A DNA stretch of 64,000 nt from positions 620,001 through 684,000 of the forward strand of contig OZ374560.1 in NCBI GenBank assembly GCA_977862235.1. Reading direction: 5' to 3'. Every line of letters starts with the position of its first letter. Position 1 is the stretch's first letter. Under the pieces are notes generated by a model. That model was given only the letters and a program-made list of their open reading frames with translations. It was not told where the DNA came from and did not search any database. This document shows positions 47,857 to 58,251 of this stretch, in pieces. Position numbers and translations under genes: made by a program. This DNA is from Dudresnaya verticillata (lineage: Eukaryota).

Positions 47857-49076
47857 ATCTACCGTCGCGTCCCAAGTTCTCATGGGACCTCCGCAACGTG
47901 CCGTGAACGGATGGTAAAGGTGACCAAGAACCTTACAAAGATGCTGTCCGGCTCTGGAAAGCTTTTCATGATCGATTACCGGATACCAACAGCAACAAAA
48001 TTCCTCCTGAGTTGCAAGGAATTATGCTACAGTCCCAGTTATATGGGCGTGCAATGGATCTGTCTAAGAAGATACCTAACGAAGTGATTGAGTCTGCTGC
48101 TGGCGTGCAAGAAATTGTTAATACTGTTTACAAGCGTGATCCTCTTGCTGTGATCAGCGATGTTTATCAACTTTTTCTTCAAGCCCTGAACACTAAGCGT
48201 GAAACCACCGAGACCTTCAAGAACTTTGAATCCCGAGTTGAGGCACAAGTGTCCAGGTTTAATGCTGTATCTTCCTCTTCACAGCTGCCAACGGCTTTGG
48301 TCACATTCATGCTGCTTGCAAATTCGAATGTGGATGGCAGCCAGCGTGTTTCTGTTCTCGCTGCTGCTGCACCTCGAGGCACGACCTGCAGTCCGACAGA
48401 TACAACCGACACGTTTCTAGAAGCTATTTCCTACAATGCAGTAGCTGGAGTTATTCGCCAATGTGACAAACCAAAAGGGTCGCCAGAGAATGATGAATAT
48501 TCTACGCATGTGGTACAGGCCAGTTCTATCCGTCAGAAATCATACGGTGTTAAAAAGCGTTTGTCACCTGAAGAATTCGCTGATCTGAAGGCAAAGTCAC
48601 GTTGCCGCAAGTTTCATGAAATTGGGCACTGGGAACAAGACCACGGATCGGATGGGCTGTATCATCCACCAGAGAAAGATTCAGGTGGACCCGTTAATAA
48701 GAATGGTGCAGAAAGAGGAACCCGAAAGACACTGCATTTCAATATGGTGCACGTTCACGGACCATCCAGTGACAAAGCCTTATTAACTGGACCTCTACTG
48801 GATGATGGTGCGCCCTATTCTGGTATGGGTGAACATGAATTGAAGTTATTAGCACCATTTATCCTGCCCTCCTGGAATGGGGCCTTTGATCCCATACCCG
48901 ATGCCGTTTCTGATCGCACTTACTGGCAATATGGTACAGGAGAACATTCCAGTGAGTCCAGAAAAATTATTGGATCAGTGCTACTAACGGCAGTAAGTGA
49001 CCAAAAACAAGACGTTCAAATTCGACATTTGATCATTGAAGGTTCCTCCCAGTGGGTCATTGGAAAAGGAGATTGA
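47847..49076 (+). pseudogene. Copia gag-protease, truncated by the inverted LTR; one premature TGA at 47904
   Basis: MGPDLPSRPKFSWD.. in frame with ORF 48012-49076; degenerate knuckle CRKFHEIGHWEQDH; protease LLDDGAPYSG...QWVIG. Confidence 0.8.
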
Positions 49077-51748
49077 CGGTATCACGGTAGCGGTATCAGG
49101 AAACAGACGGGAAAGGTTTTACTTCGGAGCGGGCACATCTCGTCTCTCATTATTGGGAAGAGTGTAGAGTACTCGCTTAAGTACTAAACATTACAAAGGG
49201 AAAGTGTATCTACAACTAATCAGCACAGGTAGGAAGTTGACATGCAACAGGTCTCACCCGTACCGATATGAATCTGACATGCAACAGTACCCAACCAGAC
49301 TAATCGGATAGAGTGCGCTGCAAAATCAGTAGCTCGATTCTGAGCATCATGTTTCACAATTGTACTCGAAATCCCGCGACCGTCGCTCTGGAGACAACCG
49401 GGAGTTGCGAATCGAAATTGAATTTAACTTCGAAGTCGACGAAGACCTGGAGAAGGACGGAGCGAAGACGGATTTGAATCGCAGGTTCGGTTCCATAACG
49501 GCGTGGATGCGGATGCAAACGTTGCAAAACAGCTATTGCGGAGGCTCCGAGGCGAAACGACATGCAAATCCGGACTGGACACCGGCAACGCGAATCCAAT
49601 TAACCATCGAGTATCGTGTCCAAGTGTACACGCGAGACGAGGAAGTCAAAAGAGCTTCGGGGTTCTTGTTCCCGAATGGTGGCGTCATCGAGTCTTCGGG
49701 ATTTCACTTGTGGCCCCCTACTCAAGACGAAGGTGTTCGCGTCGACGTAATGAAGGGTGATGCGTGAATGCGGGCTCCTCAGAGAGCAGCGTGGAGGTGT
49801 CCGTGACCTCACCGGGCAAGAATAGTGAGCTCCGAGGCTTTCGATTTCGAGTTGCGGTGCGTGCGCACCGGCGCGCGGGCGGAATGTATGCCAATGAGGT
49901 ATCGAGTACCGAGGTCCCGCGATCATGCCAGAGAATTGCGCGCGTCGAACGAACGAGGACTCCGTGTTTCTTTCGAAGGCGCGTCGTGCGTCGTAAAACG
50001 TGGTTAGCCCCGTGGCTCAAGCGCGGGGATGAGTCGACTCCTGCGCTGCTCCGAGGCAATCGATCTTGCGACGATGGCTTTATGCGCAGGGTGCGACTGC
50101 GAGTTGCGTTTTGTGAGTAGCACCGGCCTCGAAGTATAATATCAATCGGGTATGCCAAGTTACGTAGAGTGCACCGCGTCCGTCCGGGCGCCTCGGTGTC
50201 AGTTCCTGTAATGCGAGTTCCTCGGTGCAACCGGATGCATGCACAGGTCAGCGGTGAATATCACGAAGGTTGCGGCTCTTTACGAGGTGCCATCCGCGAC
50301 CGCGCGACTTGTGGTGCCCGATTCCGTCTTCGCTCTTGGTGGGCATTGTGTTGCCTCCGAGGGTCTCGATCGCTTTCATCGCCGCAAAGATGGCGCGTCG
50401 CAAATACGAAGACGAGCTGCGAGTCACGGTGTTGCGCCACGAGAAGTGCGTAGCAGCGCGGTGCATCCCTCTGCTCCTGGGTAATCTGTTGTGAGAAACG
50501 TAGAAAAGTAGTGTGGCCCCGGGGTATTTCGTATATTGAGCTGGATTGAGCGTTGCGAGCGGGTATCGTTGCCGCGTAGTTGCTTCTTGTTGCCTCCGAG
50601 GGCCTCTATGGCATTCCGTCGTTCACGAAGATGAGGATTTGCGTATCGCGAAGGTGTGCGACGAAAAGCGCGTAACAGCACCGAGTAACCGTCTGCTCTG
50701 GGTCAGTCGAAACGAGCAGCTTCATAGTCAGATCTTAGTGCGAGAAACGTATTATGGCACCGGGGCCGTTCGTGTGTGGATCGGCGGTGCGGCGCGCAAC
50801 TAGAGTGGCCGAAGGAGTTAGTCGCTCTTAGGGCTGCGAATCACGAAGTCGGGGCCGCCGAACCACTTGGGGTCCCATTCGGTGAGACATTCGAGGGCGA
50901 GTAGGACGGGGTAACGCCGGTTTGCGTTACGTCGGAGCTTCTCGAAGGATAGCGAAACGAGTTCTTCGGGTACGTGCGAAAGAGGTTCCTACGTAGGCGC
51001 CACGTAGCCTTCCGACTTGATTCGAAACATGAATTTACGGACCTAGTCCGTCGGTGCGGTCGACAACGTGTTCGGGGCCCTCGGTGACCTTCTCGGCAAT
51101 TTCCTGGCGTCTCGTGAGCGACTTTCTCGAATTCGTGGGCCGTGGCGCGTAGATGCAGCGGTCCGCGGAGACATGTTCAAGGAGGCCATCGCGATCGATG
51201 AAGAGTGTTCGCGAATCGTTGAATAGCACCTTATACGGCCTCTCCGGTGGGGACATCAACTTCGGAAGTTTCTTTTTCCTATCGTGGGTATCGAGTAACC
51301 CGTATTATCCGGGCTTTACGCGGCTCTTTGTTCTTTGAATCCGCTTATCGAAGTCGTACAGTGGCGTTTGCAACGATTTTGAACGCGTTGTAACGAAGTA
51401 CGTGCGCAATCGATATCGACATTGAGTCGCTTCATGAAATCGTTTCGAATACCCTCCGAGGATTTCGTTCGATGCTTCCGGGAGCGATTCTTGACAGTGA
51501 ACTCGGGTGGCGGTTGCGATAAAACAAGATTGAACGGAGTCGTCTTCGTAGCCCGATGAACGTGGCAATTGTACGAATACATTAACGCGGAGACATACCG
51601 GCCCCAATCGTTTTGATGGTCGTTCATGTAGCTAAACGGATGGTATCGGCTGATAGACGTTTTGTACAGCACAACCACTTGTTGCATTCTTGCTTACGAA
51701 TCCTTCCGCCTCCTAAGCAACCCGTTTGCTCAAATCGGTCCAGTTAGT

Positions 51749-51804
51749 GGTCCGACTGGTCCTATATTTGGCCCGACTGGTCCTATATTTGGCCCGACTG
51801 GTCC
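51749..51804. repeat. 21-bp tandem repeat (~2.7 copies)
   Basis: GG(T/C)CCGACTGGTCCTATATTT units. Confidence 0.85.
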
Positions 51805-53439
51805 CCTTACGACCCGTCCGATCCGTACGGCTGTAAGTACATTGCAGTAATCGTGGTAGCCCTTCGGCTACCCAGGGGTTAATGCGGCCCCTTTTCCGGT
51901 CTCTTGCGGCTCTGTACGATTTGTTTCATAGATGGGCCGTTTATGAGACATTTCTTCTGTGCAGCAGTGCGCACTTCAAAAGAGCATGAAATCGAAAACC
52001 GACAAGTCCCAGAGCATTCAGAGTCACCGCAGCTTCGGCGTTGGCGCCTGTGACTGCCTTCATAGCCGAATACCGGCATCATCTGTAGTCGACCGGAGCA
52101 TCCGGGGCCCCAATGCGGGGGATAAGCAGTAACGGGCCGAACACGGCAAAAGCAGGTGCGGTTGAACAAGCGGATGTCCCCGCAGAATGACAACAGTTGA
52201 AGTGGAAGCCCGCGAACAGACTTCAGGATGGGGTGTTCCCCAATACGTGACATGCTTGACATGCTCGATTGTAAGCTGCGCAAAGTGGGGAAAAGCGGCA
52301 ATTCCGCCTTGTCGTTGCTGCGAAAGCGCGTCCGTGAACATACGCAATGGATAATTCCCCAGTTGACGGCCAAAAAATACAGTAGCTCAAGGTGCGTACG
52401 CCAGACTTAAACACAGTTGAATACAACATTTTCAGTTTCATAGCCCGTCGCCCGAGTAGTTTCAACGTCCCTGTAGCAGCATTCTGCAATTATGAGCAAT
52501 TAGAAATCAACAACCCAAGGTCCTTAGGGCTTAGAACCGGAATTCCGGGAAGCATTTCGTAGATATGCCACTTGGTGAGCATTTCAATGAAGCCTTCTTC
52601 TTCATGACGACTTCGTCTTGACAGGGGTCGTTAGGACCGTCTGGACCAGTATGGTCCTATCGGGCCAAACCCGTAAAACTCGGCGTCTGTCAAGGATGAA
52701 GTCGGGGCTTTGCATAACGGGTTTCGGCTACGCCGAACAACGGGAATTCTCGTTTGCAGAGTCGCTGGGAACTTCCCAAACGCCGGTATCGCGATAAAAA
52801 GAGGAATATAGGCCAACAGGAGTTCCTGAATAGTATTCAAACCGTTTCCCGGGGTGGAGCGCCAGAAGAGGCGCCTTAAAGGTATGGGAAATGAGCCGAG
52901 GGGTGTACCCAAATGCCAAGGCATTTGCGGGAGAGTCCATGTAATGATTCCATTTAGAGCCCAGCGGATCGACCGCATGACGTGATCACTTGTGTCGACA
53001 CATTGTGCCACTCTCGATCGGGCATGACACGGGTGGCAACAAACAGGCGCATGCCGACTGAAACCCATGCACGGAATCCCGTTTTGGCCTGCTAAGGGAG
53101 TTTCCCAATTGTGTCGGGATGGTTACCGACCTGCCCTCTGCCGGCTTGAGGCAGCAACTACGGATAGCCGATTTTGGCATAACCCGACAATAGGTTAGTC
53201 AAAATCCGACTTTTTGTCGAGGGATCGAGTCGGGCGAAGTATGGTTCGCCCAAGGGTGGCTACTGCCAAGACGGTGGTACCTGATTGGCTGAAATGAATT
53301 TTGGCCAAACGGCAGCCAATCGAATTCACAATCTTGGCGTACACTGCGTAACTTGCGAAGACTGTCCGCACTGTGGCACCGGCTCCTAGTTGTGGTCTGA
53401 CCACGCCAATTATGATCTAGCAGTTATCTGCAAGGGCTT

Positions 53440-55640
53440 TGTTGGCACACTAACCCACCATTTCCCTCGTAGGATACAACCTGGCCTTGAGGCAGATTTA
53501 GTATGGGCTCCCATGTGATTAGCGCTGACGGATATCCGTCTCCACCACTTGGCCTCAAACAGAAGTTCTGTATCAATATATCCGTGGTCGATCACTTCTT
53601 CAGTGACATTTTCGACTCGTGGCGGGGTATCTACATTATGGCCCGGTGTTTTTGCCAGAGCAACATTGTGCCCAGGTGGATGAGGGGGATCCTTTCGCAG
53701 CGTGTCATCCCGGGATGCGAGCGACTCCGGCGTTGCCTAAATACGGCTTCTCCGTCTGGGGACACCTTGCACAAGCAAGCCCAACAGCGGTTTCCTGAGG
53801 GCAGAATCCTGCGGAATGGGTACTTGACTGGGTATTCCAGAAGCGGTACCGGAAGCCGGGTCAGCGCTTTTTTGCTGACCATGGGTGGTGGAGTCGCGCA
53901 CGAGGCCATCCCTGCGGGGTGACGTTGTTGGAAGCGACTTGTTGCGCTGTTGTTTGACTACGGGTTTCTGCTGGAGCGATGAACTTCCTAGCGCAGCGTA
54001 GTCCGGCTAATGCCTGGCGTGTTGGCCAAATGAGCTACTCCAGTGCACACGGCAGGTGGCCGGAAATTATTGAAATGTTCCATTTGAGGGGGAGGTTTCG
54101 CGGATGAAGCCGCATGCGTCCTGATCAACGGGCTTATCGGGTAACCAGACATACGCACGCCGTTGGAAAACCGACAACGGTATATCGCATCGGCCTCCTC
54201 AGGATAGTTCCCTATCGTGTGGAGTTGCTTGCTGACCTGGCCGTTGCCCGCTGGTCGCAGTATCTACGGATACCCGTTTTTCGTGTAGCCGGTTTGGGAC
54301 TTAGCCGAAACGCTACTTTTCGTCGGTGGGGCGATCGACTGTGCGCTCGCCGGGGTCAAGGGTGACTATTGCCAAATTCTGGGATGTGATTGGCCCCGAT
54401 GTTTCGGGCCAATGCAACAGCGAATCCTTGCCCATAGCATGGCGTACAGCTCATGAAACTTCGACTTGTCCGGTACTTCGCGATGCTGCGACTGAGTCCG
54501 AGAATAGCCGATTTTCGGCAATCTTTGAGCTTGACTTGGTGCTCGCGAGGAGCTCGATCGGGTACGGGAGTAAAGAGCACACGGGGTTCCCCCAATGGCA
54601 ATTGTCTGACAAGAGGAGCCACTTCTGCTTTATGAAGGGTCGCAAGTACAGATACCAATTGCCCACTTGTGGCTCCAAAGCTTGTCGGGCAATCCCGTGG
54701 GGAAGTGCCTTAGCGAACGTGTTTGCCCCCCGGAATTCCCGTTCGTATTGTCGAAGTTTGCGCAGTGGGAACTTTCCCCCGCTTGCCGGAGACTACGGAA
54801 CAATTTCCGCTTGATTGATCTGATTCAGAGTCTGCGAAAGGGGTTTGTCCCCAGGTGCTTGCGGATCTTCGCGACGATGTGTCACTCGAAGATTCCTCAT
54901 CAGAATTATCGTGGCCATCCACAATATATATTTCTGCTGCTGCTTTAGAAGTGGGAGCTGGAACCAGTTAGGGTAGTCCCCAAGTAAACCAAGGAGCGAA
55001 ATCGCTATGGTTTTCGTTGGGACTACCTGGTAGTCCTAATAATTGTCGATTGACACCGCACTGCTATTGCCTGGGTATCCCCGTCCGCCGTGACGAATTC
55101 TCAGTATCAAGTGGCTTTCCCAAAATGATGCCCCGGTAGTCGAAACAGTCGATCGTAGAACCGTCAGAAAGGCGAACTCTAACACTGGGAATTCCCATTT
55201 CATCAAACGATTCCGCGAGGGAACGTGATATGGATAAACGCATACTGGGATGTGGTGCGAGTTGCCAATGACTTGGTGAGGCGAAACCCTCAGTGGGAGT
55301 TGACCAAAATTGGTGATAAGCAGCAGGAAGGGTTTGTCAGGTTCAACCTGACCAACGCCTGCGTGAACAGTGCGCGAGTGCTCTTTTTGGAAACTTGACT
55401 GTGGGATTACCACTTGAACACCATGGCGCTTTGTCGTTACATCGACCCAGGTCGTCGTCTGCGGGCACAGCCAAACGGGACGGGTGACTCGCACTTTAGT
55501 TGATACGCGAGCACGAAGTGGAGCGTACTCCTGAGAGTTTGGAAGGGGCGGTCTCCGAAACGCGCGTTTAGGCATTCTGCGAACTATCGGAACGGAGAGA
55601 CCGGAAGCTAACTGGACACTTCTCCGCGCCGGCCATAATG
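53440..55640 (-). pseudogene. Heavily decayed and deleted chromovirus pol (PR end, dUTPase-like linker, RT start, IN remnants, chromodomain)
   Basis: SVQLASGLSVPI; AGVGQVEPDKPFLLLITNFG; KWEFPVL..LR..DYR across a frameshift; IDHGYIDTELLFEAKW/GYPSALITWEPILNLP. Confidence 0.7.
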
Positions 55641-55645
55641 CAATA

Positions 55646-56320
55646 TTGTCTGGCTGCAACCAACGTATACTTCTACACGTGGACACCCAAGTCGTCTTGC
55701 GGGTCATAACCAACACGGTGGCATCCAGTCCCCTGCTCATGACCGATCTCCGAAAGCTACAACGCCTCCTGGAACAGATGAAGATCCAGATCAGGGCAGA
55801 GTGGCTTCCGTCAGCAATGAACAAGTGGGAGAACCGTCTCAGGCGGACCTGGAACCCACGAGGCCTCAGCGCCACGTCTTTCATATTAAAATCGCTAGAG
55901 AAATGGGTCCAATTGCAGCGCGTCCAGCGCTACTGGCCCCTAGGAGAAACACCAGCCGCACGCGCGAAAGTGATTCGAGCTCATTTCAACGAAAACTGTG
56001 GAGATGGCCGCAGCAGGCCATGGAATCCTGCTCCTCAGTGGTTGAAAGCAGCAATCACCAAGATCAAGAGAGAGAAGGCTCATCGTTTCTTGGTCGCTCC
56101 GTTTTGGCCTTGGCCAGGAACGAACTGGTGGCGGCTCTTACAGAGTGTCCTTCTTTCGAAACGCAAGCTGAGACCATCGAAAGGACCTTTGTTCAGGAGT
56201 CCTCACGCTAATCCAGCTTGGTCATTGGTTCTAGTCGCAGTCGACCAACGGCCTCTCGGTCAATCGTGGACGCTCTCAGGTCTCAATTGCCCAACACTCC
56301 ATCCGGAAGAGCATCTCTAG
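55646..56320 (+). pseudogene. DIRS-type RNase H C-terminus plus Dam-like methyltransferase-related domain
   Basis: LHVDTQVVL..SPLLMTDLRKL..IRAEWLPSAMNKWENRLRR; WNPAPQWL..KIKREKA..LVAPFW..WW. Confidence 0.8.
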
Positions 56321-57234
56321 ATCTGGCCAGGCATAGCATTGCCCAAAGTACTGATGCAACAAAGTCCTCCCAATGGTCCAAGTTCCAACGATGTTGCGAG
56401 AATGAGGGGCATCAACCTCTTCCAGCCTCAGCGGGAACAAGTTTGGCCTACATAGGATATATATTCGAAGAAAATAGAGTTCACTCCAATTACTTACAGC
56501 ACTACTTATCCGCCGTACGAACCAGGCACAAAATACAGGGCTTCGAAGATCCATGTATAGGAGCGGCATATTCCGATCTGTGCCGGGAACTTCGAAGAGC
56601 GGACGATGCACGAGGGCAGCACCAGGAAACTCGAGCAGCACTGCCAGCCGCAGTTGTGTACCGAATTCGCGCTTTACGACTTCAAGGTGATGAAATATCA
56701 GAGATACAGCGAAACGCCGCAATGATAGAGTTTCAATTTCTGATGTCATGGCCCGAGGGCTCGGCTCGCACTTTGTTGCGCGAAGATGTCGAAATGTTTT
56801 GTTGCAGGTCTCCCTCCAACTCTACAGCTACTTCATCTCTTACGATATCTGCCAGACCGCGATCTCTGAAGGGAAGAGCAGTACGGAACGCCCCTGCAAA
56901 TATCGTAACCTGCTACGGAGCAGGTGACATCAACTTACGACTCCACACCCTGGCAATTTCACATTACTGAGCATAGAACGGTGTACCACCCTCTTCACAA
57001 GACATCACAACCAGTTTAAGACGAATACTACAACATCTACAAGTTCATCCACCTCCCCATTGCTACTATTCATCTCATAGCCTGCGAAGCGATTCTGTAT
57101 CCAGCCAGATCCTAGCTGGTGTCCCTATTCCTGTGATAGTCCAGAGAGGACTGTGGGCAACAGACAGAATGGTGATTAACGTTTACTTTGACGGCAGAGT
57201 GAAGTTCACACTAGAAATGAGACATTATTTATAG
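56218..57234 (+). pseudogene. DIRS-type tyrosine recombinase, overlapping the RH-MT frame (disrupted)
   Basis: SSQWSKFQRCC..PLPAS..AYIGYI..YLSAVRTRH; then YYSSHSLRS..LAGVP..IVQRGLW..NVYFD after a break at 56970. Confidence 0.88.
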
Positions 57235-57410
57235 TGTCTCATCCCATCGTCGTCGACACCTCCCCCGCAATAAGCTTCGAGATATATCTGCGGTCTACTC
57301 TTCGTTGTGGGCTTTTCATGTGCTGTAAAGCTTTACGGAATTGAAAAGGCTGGAATAGGAATAGGGAGCTACGCGGATCGTCCCACAGAGGATCGAAGGT
57401 TATCGACGAT

Positions 57411-58184
57411 TGTAGTCTAGCTGTCAGCACACTATCAGCAGCGGCTGTAAGGTATGCTGGCAGCCCTGCACTGTAATGGTGCACACGATGACGCCCGCTG
57501 GCGAGTCGTGGTTGGGCAGCGTGCCCTTAGTTTTTTCGTTGATTTAGTAGCGGTCGACCGCGTTGCTGCCGGCAGCGGCCGCGCGCCGTGCCGCACACGG
57601 CGCGCCCCAGTGACTCTCTCCGGTATCGAGCCGTTGAGAGGGCCGCTGCCCGTTACGCCCCGCGCGCGCCCACGGGTAGCCGTTACCCGGACGTGTTGGC
57701 ACGTGTATGGGCGCGCGCTCGCACACCTCCCGCGTTGGTGTTGTGGGGCGCACCTACTGTAGAGTAGTCGTAGTGCACATAGTGTAGGGTATTTAAGGCC
57801 ATCGGCCATCGACGGATCAGTAAACCGGGCAAGCAACAGCTCGCGCAGAAGCTTTCCCCCAGCCTCTTCGGGTTCGATCCCTTTGCCCTACACCAGCGGG
57901 CGGTTTCCCATTTCTCCCTTGCCTCGCTAGGCTTTTCCCCTTTCCTTTTCCTTCCCGTCGGCTTCGTGCCACCCCTTGACAGGGACGCTGGGATCCGGCC
58001 GCTGCCTACCCGCGTACGGTACGCCCCGTGCGCGCTCCGGCATCGACGCCGTCGATCCGCACCTGCGGGGCGCACGCGGCCGACACCGCTCTACCACACA
58101 CAACAGCTACCCATCCACGGGGCTGTGTGGCGGCTACGGACCAGCAAGTATTAGACGTCGGATCGACCCGACGTCTATACTACG
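57411..58184 (+). repeat. 5' LTR (774 bp)
   Basis: 3' half similar to 39500-39788; followed by PBS at 58186. Confidence 0.85.
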
Positions 58185-58251
58185 CTGGCCTCCCGACCTA
58201 GAAGTTGTCGAGACCCAAGTACTTCTCGCATCGACGCGATCGAAGTAAAGG

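Larger units (their letters stand above)
47545..49358 (+). mobile_element. Ty1/Copia derivative with inverted LTRs: LTR > PBS-gag-PR < LTR
   Basis: 47545-47842 and 49061-49358 are 298-bp reverse complements (one mismatch seen, at the inner junction); TSD ATTGT (47540-47544, 49359-49363). Confidence 0.93.
43747..51630 (-). mobile_element. Decayed 5'-truncated chromovirus related to family A (IN C-terminus, chromodomain remnant, extra region, PPT, 3' LTR 43747-45308) with three nested insertions
   Basis: 51035-51630 nearly colinear with 27470-28030 (MNDHQNDWGRYVSALMYSYNCHVH); 49770-50900 resembles 26500-27300; LTR TGTGATACA...ACACCACA resembles 22643-23497. Confidence 0.88.

Noticed and set aside
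51662..51850. Collagen-like GPTGPIF peptide
   Set aside because: Translation of a 21-bp minisatellite, non-ATG start
55036..55884. 282-aa ORF as one gene
   Set aside because: Spans the junction between antisense DIRS sequence and a Gypsy pol fragment near 55640
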